Made by a program: the position numbers and the translations under genes. DNA of 64,000 bases from an uncultured Rhodospirillales bacterium (GTDB taxonomy: Bacteria; Pseudomonadota; Alphaproteobacteria; Rhodospirillales; UBA2165), in contig CAJQSN010000043.1 in assembly GCA_905614355.1 (NCBI GenBank), forward strand, positions 3,701 to 67,700, in the 5' to 3' direction. Shown here piece by piece: positions 41,387 through 53,051 of this stretch (within the stretch, counting starts at the first letter, position 1; each line of letters starts with the position of its first letter). Under the pieces are notes generated by a model that saw only the letters and a list, made by a program, of their open reading frames with translations, was not told where the DNA came from and made no database searches.

Positions 41387-42748
41387 TTATTGATCATATC
41401 GATGCAAACCTACGTTCTGTTCTATTTCAAATATAACATCATCAATAACTTGACTAACTACAGAGAGATCATCGCCTTCAGCCATTATGCGGATTAATGG
41501 TTCGGTTCCTGAATTCCGCACGAGGATACGTCCCACATTTCTTAACTTGTGCTCACCTGCAGCAATTGCTTTGACCACATCCTCAGTTTTCCAGTCTATT
41601 GGTTGTTTAATCTTAATGTTCCTTATTAACTGCGGGACTGGTTCAAATACATTACAAATTTCACTAGCAGGCCGTTGATCTTTTTGTATAACAGCCAGAA
41701 TCTGTAATGCAGCAATCAGGCCATCTCCAGTTGTACTGTAATCGGATAAAACTATATGACCGGATTGTTCACCACCTAGATTAAAGCCATTAGCACGCAT
41801 TTTTTCCACAACATAGCGGTCCCCTACATCTGTCCTAACTAATGGTAAATTTAAACCTCCGATAAAGCGCTCGAACCCAAGGTTAGACATCACTGTTGAG
41901 ACTACTCCGCCAGTTAGTCTCTCCTCTTTAGACCAACAAGCAGCAATTAGCCCCATAATTTGGTCGCCGTCGATCATCGTACCATTTTCATTGGCAATTA
42001 AAACCCTATCAGCATCTCCATCAAGCGCTATACCAATATCTGCACCGTGCACTACTACTTGAGCCTGCATATTTTCTGTCGAAGTAGATCCACAATCGGA
42101 ATTAATATTATAACCATCAGGCTCAACACCAAGCGAGATTACGTCGGCACCTAATTCTTTCAATACAGTTGGCGCTACTTTATAAGCTGCACCATTAGCA
42201 CAATCTATTACAATTTTTAAACCATCCAGTGTGAGCCCACGCGGGAATGTTTGCTTAACATATTCAATATAACGACCCTGAGCATCATCAAGCCGAAGCG
42301 CCTTTCCCAGCTTTTCTGGTGCAGCAAGTTCATTAGTAATCCTACCATCAATACGGGCTTCAATTGCAAGTTCTGCCGCATCCGATAATTTATAACCATC
42401 CGGACCAAATAGTTTAATCCCATTATCTTGAAACTGATTATGGGATGCCGAGATCACAACGCCTAGATCTGCGCGCAGACTACGGGTTAACATGGCAACT
42501 GCGGGTGTGGGAATTGGACCAACTAATATTGGGTCCATGCCAGCGGCAACAAAACCGGCGGTAAGAGCGGGTTCAATCAAATAACCCGAAAGCCGCGTGT
42601 CCTTACCAATTACAACTCTATGACGATAATTACCACGAATAAAATGGAGACCTGCAGCCATTCCAACTTTAAGCGCTGTCTCAGCCGTCATTGGTTCTAT
42701 ATTTGCAGTACCACGAATTCCATCGGTACCAAAAAGTTTACGGATCAT
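41387..42748 (-). CDS. glmM: Phosphoglucosamine mutase
   Basis: [29 protein letters not shown] and GGEQSGH. Confidence 0.97.
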   Translation of the reverse strand: MIRKLFGTDGIRGTANIEPMTAETALKVGMAAGLHFIRGNYRHRVVIGKDTRLSGYLIEPALTAGFVAAGMDPILVGPIPTPAVAMLTRSLRADLGVVISASHNQFQDNGIKLFGPDGYKLSDAAELAIEARIDGRITNELAAPEKLGKALRLDDAQGRYIEYVKQTFPRGLTLDGLKIVIDCANGAAYKVAPTVLKELGADVISLGVEPDGYNINSDCGSTSTENMQAQVVVHGADIGIALDGDADRVLIANENGTMIDGDQIMGLIAACWSKEERLTGGVVSTVMSNLGFERFIGGLNLPLVRTDVGDRYVVEKMRANGFNLGGEQSGHIVLSDYSTTGDGLIAALQILAVIQKDQRPASEICNVFEPVPQLIRNIKIKQPIDWKTEDVVKAIAAGEHKLRNVGRILVRNSGTEPLIRIMAEGDDLSVVSQVIDDVIFEIEQNVGLHRYDQ

Positions 42749-42847
42749 GGTGGTTTTCTATAAGTAAATTTCTAATTCTATACACGGTGTATTGTATTAT
42801 AAAATCCATACGCCGTCACTTAACTTTTTATTACCGTATTTTACATT

Positions 42848-43639
42848 TTAGTATTGAATAGCTGACAAAGCATCTCGCGTTTCGGCAACTTCATGAACTC
42901 GTATGATATCGGCACCGTTAATGACAGATTTCACTGCTACAGCAAGCGATTCTGGCAAACGACTTTTTGCCGGCTTATGCTTACCAAATTTTCTCGAAAG
43001 TCCAACCATGATGGGACACTGATGTCTTTCCAAAAAATCCAAGTTTTCAATCAGTTCAAGGTTTTGTTCTCTTGTTTTTCCAAAACCAAAACCGGGATCT
43101 ATAGCAATACGATCAAGCCCTATACCAGCTGATAAACACACCGAGATGCGGTGACCTAAATAATCACTTACCTCAGAAACCAAATTATTATATACTGTAT
43201 CACTCATCATTGTCGACGGTGAACCCCTCATATGCATCAATACGACACACGCACCACTATTAGCAGCAACCTCTAGAGATCCTTCACCTTCTAAAGCGGT
43301 TACATCATTTAGTACAGTTGCACCAGCTTCTATGGCTTTTTCCATTACATAGGAATGACGTGTGTCCACTGAAATTATAGCACCTAATTTAGCCAGTTCC
43401 GTTATTACCGGTAAGACTCGCCGTAGTTCTTCATCAAGGGCGACGGGTACTGCACCTGGCCGGGTGGATTCACCACCTAGATCAAGAATATCAGCACCAT
43501 CTCGAAGTAGCCTTTTACCATGCTCGATCGCATGCTCTTTGTCAAAAAAATCTCCACCATCAGTAAAACTATCCGGAGTTACGTTCACGATTCCCATAAC
43601 TAGAGGTCGTTCAAGAGATAGGTTGGCAAAATTACGCAA
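42848..43639 (-). CDS. folP: Dihydropteroate synthase
   Basis: MGIVNVTPDSF-DGG, GGESTRPG, SVDT, LMHMRG, DPGFGFGK and SRK. Confidence 0.94.
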   Translation of the reverse strand: MRNFANLSLERPLVMGIVNVTPDSFTDGGDFFDKEHAIEHGKRLLRDGADILDLGGESTRPGAVPVALDEELRRVLPVITELAKLGAIISVDTRHSYVMEKAIEAGATVLNDVTALEGEGSLEVAANSGACVVLMHMRGSPSTMMSDTVYNNLVSEVSDYLGHRISVCLSAGIGLDRIAIDPGFGFGKTREQNLELIENLDFLERHQCPIMVGLSRKFGKHKPAKSRLPESLAVAVKSVINGADIIRVHEVAETRDALSAIQY

Positions 43640-43640
43640 A

Positions 43641-45578
43641 TTAACCTTCAGGTTGAGGCTCGGGGGTCAAATTACCGGAGTAGTCTCCGTCTGTGCCTTT
43701 CTTAAGTCCATCACCACTAGTTGGTACTGACGATTTTACGCTATTATCTGAGTTGTCTTCATTTACATCGGGGCGAGATATAACACCTCCGCTGAGTAAC
43801 GCGTCAACATCACTACCGCTTAAGGTTTCATATTCCAACAGAGCCTGTGCAAGCGCCTCTAGATCATCCGACTTATCAGTTAAAACCTTTCGCGCTTTAT
43901 CTTCAGCCTCTTCGATTAAACGGCGTACCTCTTCATCTATCAATTTAGCTGTTGCGTCAGCGACATTCTTGTGACGCGCCACTGAATGCCCTAGAAAAAC
44001 TTCTTCATCATTGTCCGTATAGCGCAAACGACCAAGCTTATCGCTAAAGCCATATTCGGTAACCATACGACGCGCCATATTAGTTGCCTGTTGAATATCA
44101 TTACCCGCGCCTGTCGTAACATTCTCCGCACCAAACGTCAGTTCCTCGGCTAATCGACCACCGAACATGACCGCTAACTTTGACTCTAACTCTAGCTTAG
44201 AGTAGCTATATTTATCACGTTCCGGTAGCGACATTGTTACACCCAAAGCCCGCCCCCGTGGAATAATTGTAACCTTATGAAGCGGATCATGTTTAGGGAC
44301 ATTAATTCCAACAATAGCGTGACCGGCCTCGTGATATGCTGTTAGTGCCTTTTCATCATCGGTCATAACCATTGAACGACGCTCCGCGCCCATCATAACC
44401 TTATCTTTGGCTTCTTCAAAATTTGACATGGTGACCATCCGCCCACCTGTCCTAGCTGCCAATAACGCTGCCTCATTAACTAGGTTTGCTAAATCGGCTC
44501 CTGAAAATCCCGGGGTACCGCGTGCTATTACCTTAGCATTAACATCTGGTGCGATTGGCACGTTACGCATGTGTACCTTAATAATTTTTTCTCGGCCGAC
44601 AATATCTGGATTAGGAACAGTAACCTGGCGATCAAAACGACCAGGACGCAGCAAAGCTGGATCCAGTACATCCGGACGGTTTGTCGCAGCAATTAGAATA
44701 ACGCCTTCATTAGATTCAAAGCCATCCATCTCAACTAGCATTTGGTTCAGAGTTTGCTCCCGCTCGTCATTCCCACCGCCCAGTCCTGCGCCACGGTGGC
44801 GACCAACGGCATCAAGTTCATCAATAAAAATAATACATGGTGCACTTTTTTTACCTTGCTCAAACATATCACGGACGCGACTTGCTCCAACCCCCACAAA
44901 CATCTCAACAAAGTCGGAGCCAGAGATTGTAAAAAATGGCACATTTGCTTCACCAGCGATAGCGCGCGCCAATAATGTCTTGCCCGTACCAGGAGGGCCA
45001 ACCAGCAGACAACCTTTAGGGATTTTACCACCGAGACGTTGGTACTTGGCAGAATCCTTTAGAAACTCCACAATTTCTTCAAGTTCTTGTTTAGCCTCAT
45101 CAATGCCGGCAACATCTGCAAAAGTTACACGGCCTGTTTTTTCAGTAAGCAATTTAGCCTTAGACTTACCAAAGCCCATGGCCTTGCCCCCTCCACCTTG
45201 CATCTGACGCATAAAAAATATCCATACACCAATTAACAACAGCATAGGAAACCAAGAAATAAGAATCCCAAATAAAGACAACCCATCTTCAACGGGTATT
45301 GCGGTTATATGAATACCTTTCTTACTTAAATTTGGAATAAGTGTTGGGTCTTCAGGTAAAAACGTTTTAAATGCACGCCCATCTCCATAATGACCTGTGG
45401 CATTTTTACCTTGAATTGTTACGTCCCGGACATCGCCGCTCTCCACTGAACCTAGAAAATCAGAGAATGCAAGTGACATATATGGCCCTTGCTTTGAGGA
45501 ACCTTGAAACATATTGAACAACGTGAATAACAACAGGCCAATAATCACCCAAAGCGCTATATTTTTTTTAAAATTCAA
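43641..45578 (-). CDS. ftsH: ATP-dependent zinc metalloprotease FtsH
   Basis: Two N-terminal TMs, [22 protein letters not shown] and HEAGH; TTG at 45578 with AAGGAAG SD preferred over 45623. Confidence 0.97.
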   Translation of the reverse strand: MNFKKNIALWVIIGLLLFTLFNMFQGSSKQGPYMSLAFSDFLGSVESGDVRDVTIQGKNATGHYGDGRAFKTFLPEDPTLIPNLSKKGIHITAIPVEDGLSLFGILISWFPMLLLIGVWIFFMRQMQGGGGKAMGFGKSKAKLLTEKTGRVTFADVAGIDEAKQELEEIVEFLKDSAKYQRLGGKIPKGCLLVGPPGTGKTLLARAIAGEANVPFFTISGSDFVEMFVGVGASRVRDMFEQGKKSAPCIIFIDELDAVGRHRGAGLGGGNDEREQTLNQMLVEMDGFESNEGVILIAATNRPDVLDPALLRPGRFDRQVTVPNPDIVGREKIIKVHMRNVPIAPDVNAKVIARGTPGFSGADLANLVNEAALLAARTGGRMVTMSNFEEAKDKVMMGAERRSMVMTDDEKALTAYHEAGHAIVGINVPKHDPLHKVTIIPRGRALGVTMSLPERDKYSYSKLELESKLAVMFGGRLAEELTFGAENVTTGAGNDIQQATNMARRMVTEYGFSDKLGRLRYTDNDEEVFLGHSVARHKNVADATAKLIDEEVRRLIEEAEDKARKVLTDKSDDLEALAQALLEYETLSGSDVDALLSGGVISRPDVNEDNSDNSVKSSVPTSGDGLKKGTDGDYSGNLTPEPQPEG

Positions 45579-45746
45579 AATCTTATCTTCCTTTAACAAG
45601 TAAAATAACAGACCATTTACCACACAGTAAATTTTTGCTTAACATCTATTTTTAGATAGTCTAAAAATTTAGTTTAGCAACTTATGTCTAACATTCAATA
45701 TACTATTTACAGCAGATTATATAGACTATTAGGCCCAACTAAGTTT

Positions 45747-47054
45747 CTATATCCAGCAGTAAGATTTATTAATCGCTAAAATTAAATTATCCTTATCCAT
45801 ACGCCTATATTTTAGGCTGGGAACTTCCACAACCCCATTATCGTCAAACAATGTGGGAAGTGTGATTCTGACAGGATGGGGTATGGGAATATTTTTTAAT
45901 TCAGGACATTTTTTGACAATTTCGATCCAACCTTTTTTACCCAGCCCACCCAATTTACCAGTGGCCCCTCTTGGACCAGAAATTTCTACGTCAAACAAAC
46001 CATCCCAATTAAAATCATCGCCGGCAACAACTATTTTTACTGTAATTGACCGTTGATCTCGACACACGATCAGCTTAGAGCCTTCAAATATAAACCGGCA
46101 CCCACCTAATGTAAAATTAGACATTTCGATAGATTTAATCTTTTTCATCGAGTGTTTTATACGTTCACGGCGTGGCGGGTAAATATTTCCACTTAATTCT
46201 GAAATAATTTTAACTAAGACACGCTCCATAATAGGGTCCGGTAAATGTTTTAAGGCTTCCACGTGAACAACACCGTACAATTCGGGCAGAATGCGGACGG
46301 CTCGTTCGCAAAACACGTTTACAACTTCAGAAAACTGTTGGCGAAGATTAGCAAAGTGCTCTATCAGTCTGAGGATTCTCCGTGGCAACAATCCCCGTTG
46401 CTCGAGCCTCCCAACCAATCGACGTACTCTAGTTCGTTGGAAGGCTAAATTATTATTTGATGGATCTTCGATCCAGCTCTGCTGCCTTTCAATTAAAAAT
46501 TGACTCAAGAAAGTTTTTGATACGCCCAAAAGGGGTCTTATCAACATAACACCCTCAAGACCCACCATCGAACTCATCGAAGCTAATCCATCCAAACCGC
46601 TACCACGTTCTGCCCGCAACAAAAAAGTCTCTACTTGATCTTCAAGGTGATGGGCCGTCATTAATACATTAGTTTTATTTTCACGACACCAGTGTGCCAT
46701 TAGAGAATACCTGGCATTTCGAGCTGCTGCTTGTATTCCGGTGACTGGCTTTTGTCCAACCCATGATAAGGTTTTGTGGCCAATTCCCAACGCTGCCAAC
46801 CATTTTGAGACTTTCAGCGCCTCCTTTGCCGCACCCTTCCGTAACCCGTGATCTACCGTAAGCGCTACAATATTATGGTGATTAGTCTTTGCCCAATCAG
46901 CTAGAAGTAAACAAAGCGCCATACTATCAGCACCACCTGAGACAGCCACTGCAATAGAAATTTTATTACTTAGGAAACCGCGAAAAGGCTTGAGCAGAGC
47001 GTCCATTTTTTCAATATAAGGGGCTTTCTCCACCATTAAAAACCCCTGGATCAC
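45747..47054 (-). CDS. tilS: tRNA(Ile)-lysidine synthetase
   Basis: AVSGGADSMAL, TVDHGLR, AARNARY, AHHLEDQVET, RPLL and EDPSN. Confidence 0.95.
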   Translation of the reverse strand: MIQGFLMVEKAPYIEKMDALLKPFRGFLSNKISIAVAVSGGADSMALCLLLADWAKTNHHNIVALTVDHGLRKGAAKEALKVSKWLAALGIGHKTLSWVGQKPVTGIQAAARNARYSLMAHWCRENKTNVLMTAHHLEDQVETFLLRAERGSGLDGLASMSSMVGLEGVMLIRPLLGVSKTFLSQFLIERQQSWIEDPSNNNLAFQRTRVRRLVGRLEQRGLLPRRILRLIEHFANLRQQFSEVVNVFCERAVRILPELYGVVHVEALKHLPDPIMERVLVKIISELSGNIYPPRRERIKHSMKKIKSIEMSNFTLGGCRFIFEGSKLIVCRDQRSITVKIVVAGDDFNWDGLFDVEISGPRGATGKLGGLGKKGWIEIVKKCPELKNIPIPHPVRITLPTLFDDNGVVEVPSLKYRRMDKDNLILAINKSYCWI

Positions 47055-48088
47055 TTACAACTTGATCGCTTAAACTCTCGGTCCAGGTGTTTTTTGATAT
47101 TTTCTGAGACATCAGGATAATCCTTAGCAAGCTTACTAAAGGTTGCACATGCATCTTGTTTTTTCTTCAAATTTGCAAGTGACATTCCTAGCTTCAACAA
47201 AGAGCTCGGTGCTTTTACCCCTTTTGGCGCTTGTTGGTACCCGCGCAAAAATGCCTCAGCAGCGGGCCTATAATTTTTTCTGACATAAAATGATTCACCT
47301 AACCAATAACGAGCATTGGGCGTCAACTCATTTTTCGGATATCTCTGGATAAATTCAGCAAATGCCAATTCCGCATTATTATATTGAGTTTTTCGCAAAA
47401 TTGATAACGCGTAAAGGTACTGAACTTTCGGCGTACCTTTGGGCAGTATAAATTTCTGTTGTAGTTGATTATTGGGAGAATTAGAATTCAAAGGTACACC
47501 ATTTTGTACACCTTTATTTTCTTGAAGTTTAATTTCACGTAAATTAGTTTCGCTAATTTCTCCGAGAACGCCAGGTTTACCTGAAGATACTATTGGTCCT
47601 CCTGTCGGCGCTCCAATCGTTTTTACACCAATCGCTTGAGGTGCCGCGGATAGATTTTGTTCCTTAGCCCCCAAAAACCTTTTACCACCCTCACTGGCAG
47701 CATTCTCGAGGCGAGTTAACCTAAAATCAATATCACTTACGAGCTTATCAAGCCGAACTTTAATTCCGTCCACGTTATGACTTATACTTTCAATTCGATT
47801 AGTTGAGCTTTGCAGTTCACCTCTCAGCCCAGCTAGACGGTCCTCCAAACGAATAATATTTGCGCTGCCAAGCGCTCCCTGAGGCGTGCCCACCAACGAC
47901 ACTTGCCCAGAAATATTTGAAGGTATTTCTCCTTTATAGACCCGACGACTAAGCACCTGAACATCTCGTTCTAATCGATCAAGTTTATCTGAAATATTAT
48001 CAAAACCCATACCTTGAGAATAGGCAACCTTTGCATCCGCAGCAAAAACTACGCTAATAATAAAAACAATTTTTATATACTTATTCAT
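47051..48088 (-). CDS. cpoB: Tol-Pal system protein CpoB (YbgF)
   Basis: Signal peptide, coiled coil and C-terminal TPRs (NARYWLGESFY, KAPSSLLKLGMSL, AC-TF); follows pal. Confidence 0.92.
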   Translation of the reverse strand: MNKYIKIVFIISVVFAADAKVAYSQGMGFDNISDKLDRLERDVQVLSRRVYKGEIPSNISGQVSLVGTPQGALGSANIIRLEDRLAGLRGELQSSTNRIESISHNVDGIKVRLDKLVSDIDFRLTRLENAASEGGKRFLGAKEQNLSAAPQAIGVKTIGAPTGGPIVSSGKPGVLGEISETNLREIKLQENKGVQNGVPLNSNSPNNQLQQKFILPKGTPKVQYLYALSILRKTQYNNAELAFAEFIQRYPKNELTPNARYWLGESFYVRKNYRPAAEAFLRGYQQAPKGVKAPSSLLKLGMSLANLKKKQDACATFSKLAKDYPDVSENIKKHLDREFKRSSCK

Positions 48089-48226
48089 TGGATATAACGC
48101 TCTTTATTTTTGCGCAAAGCAAATTTAACTGTCGAGCAGTTTGACGTATAAATTCAGATAAATAAAGGCGGTTTTTTTTTACAATAGTAAAAAGCTTAGA
48201 TGATTTTGACGTTGACTTATATAAAG

Positions 48227-48266
48227 TGGCGCTCGCCTTACCCAATATGTAGGAAGGCAAGCGCCA
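48227..48266 (-). terminator. GC-rich hairpin downstream of pal (terminator or mRNA-stabilising stem)
   Basis: TGGCGCTTGCCTT...AAGGCGAGCGCCA stem on the minus strand followed by CTTTATAT. Confidence 0.55.
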
Positions 48267-48287
48267 GAATGCTTCGATCAGTGAACT

Positions 48288-48794
48288 TTATTTGGCTACG
48301 ATTGTAACTCCACGGCGATTCTGCGACCATGACGAACTATCATGACCAAGCGCCACTGGGCGTTCTTTACCGTAAGAAATCGTTTTTACACGATTAGGAC
48401 TAACACCCAAAGCCACTAAAAAGTCTTTAGCAGCATTTGCTCTGCGTTCGCCAAGCGCTAGATTATATTCTCGGGTGCCTCGTTCATCAGCATGCCCCTC
48501 TACCATCACCTTAATACTACCATATTTTTTCAACCAAGCTGCTTGCTTTTCCAAAGTTGTTCGCGCTCCGGCATTCAAACTAGACTTATTCAAAGCATAA
48601 AAAACACGATCACCCACGTTTACAACTAAATCTTGAGAGGAACCTGGGGTAATCGAAAACCCTTGTTGAGATTTTTTTCCACCTTTAGACGTATCACCGC
48701 CACCCGCAACATTGCCGGTTTCTGTTGACGTTGATTCACACGCCGTAACAATAAATAATGCTGCAATCAAAACTACTAAATTCTTTAAATTCAT
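48288..48794 (-). CDS. pal: Peptidoglycan-associated lipoprotein
   Basis: Lipobox VTAC, GDRVFY, EGHADERGTREYNLALGERRA and SYGKERP; start corrected to ATG at 48794. Confidence 0.96.
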   Translation of the reverse strand: MNLKNLVVLIAALFIVTACESTSTETGNVAGGGDTSKGGKKSQQGFSITPGSSQDLVVNVGDRVFYALNKSSLNAGARTTLEKQAAWLKKYGSIKVMVEGHADERGTREYNLALGERRANAAKDFLVALGVSPNRVKTISYGKERPVALGHDSSSWSQNRRGVTIVAK

Positions 48795-49016
48795 ATTCTG
48801 GTCCCCCTGATCGGAACGTCTGTTAAAAAAAACGAACCACGCTATGTCGTGATCCAAACATTATTATTCAAATAGCCTAACTGAAGCTAATGGAGTCATT
48901 CTTTATCACAATAATCAGAAATTACGACACAAAAAACAAAAAAAGTCCAAAAAAAGTCCAAAACCATTAATATTATTGATGATAAAGCTTATACAAACAG
49001 TTATAGCTAACAAAAA

Positions 49017-50450
49017 CTAAGGAATCAAGGGCGACCATGCGGGATCAGATGCATCCATCGGCGTTACAATTTCACGCTCGTTATAACCGGTTAAGTCAAT
49101 TGAATATAGACGCGAGACTACACCTCCTTTTTTACTAACAGGTGTCTCCCGAAAAAACATAATTACACGACCATTTGGCGACCAGGTCGGTGATTCCACT
49201 AAGAACCCCGCTGCGAGCGAGCGCTCCCCCCTTCCGTCCACATCCATAACACCTATAGAAAACTTACCTTTAGTCATTTTAGTAAAGGCTATAAGGTCAC
49301 CTCTTGGAGACCAAACTGGTGTCGCATAGCTGCCTTTCCCAAAACTAATTCGCTTCACCTTTCCACCGTTTGCACTCATAACATAAATTTGCTGAGTGCC
49401 ACTACGGTCAGAATTAAAAACTATTTGGCGTCCATCAGGGGAATAGTGGGGAGAGGTATCAATATACGAATTTTTTGTTAATTGCTTCACCTTCCGGGTC
49501 CCTAGATCCATCGAATAAATATCCGTTTTACCGTTTCTTGCCATACTCATAATCACGCCGTCACCATCTGGCGAAAACCGGGGGGCAAAGGTCATACCGG
49601 GAAAATCACCTAATACTTCTGAGCGGCCAGAATCTAAATTATAGAGATAAACTCTTGGAACATTCCCAAAATAAGACATGTATGTTATTTCTTGGCGAGT
49701 CGGAGAAAAACGAGGCGTTAGCACCATAAACTTAGGACTAGATGATCCCGGTCCATCGGTGAGAAATTCGTGATTTTCACCGTCTTGATCCATAATTGCC
49801 AAATACTTTTCCCGCGATGTTCCCTTTTTCTCTATGTCCAAACTCAGTGGTGTATTAATTACTTTATCGCTACGTTTTTTTTCCGCAATATAAACAATAC
49901 GAGTATCAAAATAACCACTTTCTCCCGTCAACCGTTTATAAATAGAGTCAGCTATAATATGGGAAATTCGACGCCAATTCCCAGGTTTGGTTGAATAGAC
50001 CAGACCAATCATTTGTTTTTCTGCAAATACATCCCAAAGGCGAAACTGTACTTTTAATTTATTATTAGAATCAATTTCCACCTTACCCTGTAAAAGCGCC
50101 TGGGCTTTGAGAAGCCGCCAATTAACAAATATTGGATTTATATCAATAGATTTTTCAACATCAATAAATGCTTTTTCATCAATAGCAGCAAAAAGCCCAG
50201 AACGAACCAGATCAGCCTTGATCACCCTAGCTATACTGCGACCATAATTTAATTCTTTCTCCGAACTCCCTAATAAATTATTCACAGCCACAGGTATTGG
50301 CTTTACCACACCGCGGGTTATATCAACCCGAAGCTCAGCTTGACATGGCAATGCATTAAACCAAATAAAAAAACCTGCAAACATTATGACGCCGTAATGT
50401 TTGGTAAATCCAAACACATAATTTGTAAAATCTGATGTTTTTAAAAACAT
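49017..50450 (-). CDS. tolB: Tol-Pal beta-propeller protein TolB
   Basis: [40 protein letters not shown]40 repeats and ASDPAWSP. Confidence 0.95.
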   Translation of the reverse strand: MFLKTSDFTNYVFGFTKHYGVIMFAGFFIWFNALPCQAELRVDITRGVVKPIPVAVNNLLGSSEKELNYGRSIARVIKADLVRSGLFAAIDEKAFIDVEKSIDINPIFVNWRLLKAQALLQGKVEIDSNNKLKVQFRLWDVFAEKQMIGLVYSTKPGNWRRISHIIADSIYKRLTGESGYFDTRIVYIAEKKRSDKVINTPLSLDIEKKGTSREKYLAIMDQDGENHEFLTDGPGSSSPKFMVLTPRFSPTRQEITYMSYFGNVPRVYLYNLDSGRSEVLGDFPGMTFAPRFSPDGDGVIMSMARNGKTDIYSMDLGTRKVKQLTKNSYIDTSPHYSPDGRQIVFNSDRSGTQQIYVMSANGGKVKRISFGKGSYATPVWSPRGDLIAFTKMTKGKFSIGVMDVDGRGERSLAAGFLVESPTWSPNGRVIMFFRETPVSKKGGVVSRLYSIDLTGYNEREIVTPMDASDPAWSPLIP

Positions 50451-50454
50451 TTTT

Positions 50455-51345
50455 CTACCTCCCTAACATTTCTCTGGGATTAAATGTAAGTTTTATATCT
50501 TTCCATATATCATATCTATTAGCAGGTAAAATATAGGGCTGACAGCTTGGGTTTAAAACAGCGCGCAAAGCGCTTTCACCCGCAGCTAATTTAAATGGAT
50601 CAGATGTTAGCTCTGATCTATTTGTAATAATTGCATTCAAGACGTCTCCATTAGGGCGTAATTTAACTTGGATTTCAACAATTATATCCTGAGCTTTTTT
50701 GGAACCTGCCTGAAAATTCCAGCAGGGCTCCATTTTTTTTTTAACAGCATTAATCATCGCGTGGCGCTCATTCATACTTACACCTTTGTCCAAATCAAAT
50801 TCTGTCGGTTGTCTAGATAAAGATTTTGATAAGCGTTTCATTAAATCAGAATCCATCTTTACTTTTTTCTTCGCTTTTTGTTTATTTTTAGAAACTGGAA
50901 TTTTGAATTCTTTTTCAAGGTTTTTTAAAACCATCGCGAATCTATCTGGTGGCTCTGGTTTGCGTCGAGGACGCACTTTAGCTAATTTTCTTAGGGCCTT
51001 TAGTTTTGTTTTTGGTTTTTTAATCAATTCCACCATAGTTTTTGTTTTTGTTTTTGGTGGCGGTGGAACAATCTCTCGCTCTTTTTTAGGTATGTTTAAC
51101 GGTGCTGAAATTTTTTTTTCATTAATAACAGGCGGTTTTTTTTGGGTCTTTGTTTTTTTCTTCGATGGCCTTTTTCCTAATTTGGAAATAGACGGTATGT
51201 TCGTAGTTAATGCCATCGGAACAATTTCGACTACCATCGGGATCTCTTGCTCTAATGACGTTTTTTGGATTACTGGCAAACCGTACACACCTAGCGTAAT
51301 TATAAAAGCATGAAGAAGGATCGAAACAAAAATACTTGAGCGCAT
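50455..51345 (-). CDS. tolA: TolA-like energy transducer
   Basis: N-terminal TM with S..LH motif, Lys/Pro-rich linker and C-terminal CWN...SALRAV..C-P.LP..Y.WK...F-P; between tolR and tolB. Confidence 0.85.
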   Translation of the reverse strand: MRSSIFVSILLHAFIITLGVYGLPVIQKTSLEQEIPMVVEIVPMALTTNIPSISKLGKRPSKKKTKTQKKPPVINEKKISAPLNIPKKEREIVPPPPKTKTKTMVELIKKPKTKLKALRKLAKVRPRRKPEPPDRFAMVLKNLEKEFKIPVSKNKQKAKKKVKMDSDLMKRLSKSLSRQPTEFDLDKGVSMNERHAMINAVKKKMEPCWNFQAGSKKAQDIIVEIQVKLRPNGDVLNAIITNRSELTSDPFKLAAGESALRAVLNPSCQPYILPANRYDIWKDIKLTFNPREMLGR

Positions 51346-51350
51346 CTACT

Positions 51351-51866
51351 TTATTTTTTCCCAACTTTTCGACTTAACGTCTTTCTAGTTTTTTTACCTC
51401 GATTTTTTTTAGCAACGGATTGTGGCGATTCTGTAATTAATGCAACTTTTTTAAAACCTGCAGCACTAAGACCTCCCATTACTTGCATAATCCTACCATA
51501 CTTAATCGACTTATCACCACGAACAAAAATTCGTATTTCCGGATTAGCTCCAGTAATAGCAATTAGGCGGGGAGCCAAGGCAGATAGCTCTATTTTTTTA
51601 TCTTGTAGAAAAATTTGTCCGCCAGCCTTGACCGTAATCGCTAAGGGTTCCACTTGATCACGAATAAGACCGGCCTTAGTTTTCGGCAAATCAACTTGGA
51701 CGCCGACCGTTAATAGTGGCGCTGTCACCATAAAGACCACGAGCAATACTAGCATAACATCGACCATTGGCGTCACGTTAATATCAGCAATTGGGCGCGA
51801 TTTATCTCGTCGCCCTGAGCTCATTCGGCGACCACCTCTATCGCCCCGTTCAAGTGCTCCCGACAT
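51351..51866 (-). CDS. tolR: TolR
   Basis: INVTPMVDVMLVLLVVFMVTAP, VDLPKT and RGD...YG.IMQVM; start corrected to ATG at 51866. Confidence 0.94.
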   Translation of the reverse strand: MSGALERGDRGGRRMSSGRRDKSRPIADINVTPMVDVMLVLLVVFMVTAPLLTVGVQVDLPKTKAGLIRDQVEPLAITVKAGGQIFLQDKKIELSALAPRLIAITGANPEIRIFVRGDKSIKYGRIMQVMGGLSAAGFKKVALITESPQSVAKKNRGKKTRKTLSRKVGKK

Positions 51867-51867
51867 A

Positions 51868-52593
51868 CTATTGGCGCCCTTCCATTTGCCGCAGGATAAT
51901 AGCAGAAAATTCACTAGAAAAATCATCCAATCGCGCTGCATAGCGATCCAAATCTTTAGAAAGTTTATTATAGGCTATTACAGCGGGAATTGCAGCAACA
52001 AGGCCAAGCGCTGTTGCAAATAATGCTTCAGCAATGCCAGGAGCCACGACCGCAAGGCTTGTATTTTTAGTAATTGAAATAGCTTGGAAACTATTCATTA
52101 TTCCCCAAACGGTACCAAACAAACCCACAAAGGGCGCAGTCGATCCGGTGGAGGCAAGTATAGTCATTTGACGCTCTATCCGTTCAATTTCTCTGCTCAC
52201 AGTTACATGCATTACACGATCTATTCGCTCCATAAGACTGGAGCTAGAATCTCGCACCCCACCGCCATCAACAGAACGTCGCCACTCTCTCATTGCAGCA
52301 GAAAAGACAGCTGACATTGGATCCGCTGGATGTGCACCAATACGATCATGAAGTGCATCTAACGACCCCCCTGACCAGAAACTACTTTCAAATGCCTCAG
52401 CTGATGAGTTTAATTTTCTAAGACGTAAAATTTTCTCAACGATTATCGCCCAACACCAAATAGATGCAATAAACAAGAAAACCATTACAGCCTTTACTAT
52501 TATATCAGCCTTCAAAAACAAGGCCCATACAGAGAAATCGTTGGCTGCAACAGCTCCAATAATTTGGGCAGCCTGCACTGTATTACCATCCAT
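51868..52593 (-). CDS. tolQ: TolQ
   Basis: [23 protein letters not shown] and [25 protein letters not shown]. Confidence 0.96.
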   Translation of the reverse strand: [241 protein letters not shown]

Positions 52594-52595
52594 CT

Positions 52596-53051
52596 TTAAC
52601 CGTCACCTTTCAATAGTATTAAATCAGATATCCGATTGCGTAATGCTATTGGGATACGCACTGGGTTCCCATTAGAACTAATACACGCAAGCTTTATTTC
52701 CATCAAAACCAGCTCTTGACTTCCTCTCTTTATATTTTGTCGCATTCGAATACTTGCCCCTCGAACCATTAAAATTTCAGTCTCAACTTCCAATAAATCA
52801 TCAAGCATACCCGGGTTAAAAAATTCAACATTACATGTTCGCACAACAAAGCTGACACCATAATTTTTTCCGTTGTCTTGGTGCTCATAACCGATTGTAC
52901 GCAACATTTCAGTGCGGGCGCGTTCTGAAAATTTTAAATAATTAGCGTAATACACAATACCGCCGGCATCTGTATCCTCATAATACACCCTTACCCCTAA
53001 TCTATACTTGCCCTCAACAATTAAAGTAGAAGATGAGCTAATTTTATTCAT
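52596..53051 (-). CDS. ybgC: Tol-Pal-associated acyl-CoA thioesterase
   Basis: [27 protein letters not shown]. Confidence 0.93.
   Translation of the reverse strand: MNKISSSSTLIVEGKYRLGVRVYYEDTDAGGIVYYANYLKFSERARTEMLRTIGYEHQDNGKNYGVSFVVRTCNVEFFNPGMLDDLLEVETEILMVRGASIRMRQNIKRGSQELVLMEIKLACISSNGNPVRIPIALRNRISDLILLKGDG

Noticed and set aside
44407-45207. 266-aa ORF on the plus strand
   Set aside because: Antisense shadow of the conserved FtsH AAA domain; no independent motifs
48939-48960. Tandem AAAAAAGTCCA repeat upstream of pal
   Set aside because: Only two low-complexity copies; probably slippage; not CRISPR-like
50786-51313. 175-aa Phe-rich ORF on the plus strand
   Set aside because: Reverse complement of Lys-rich tolA codons (AAA read as TTT); an artefact
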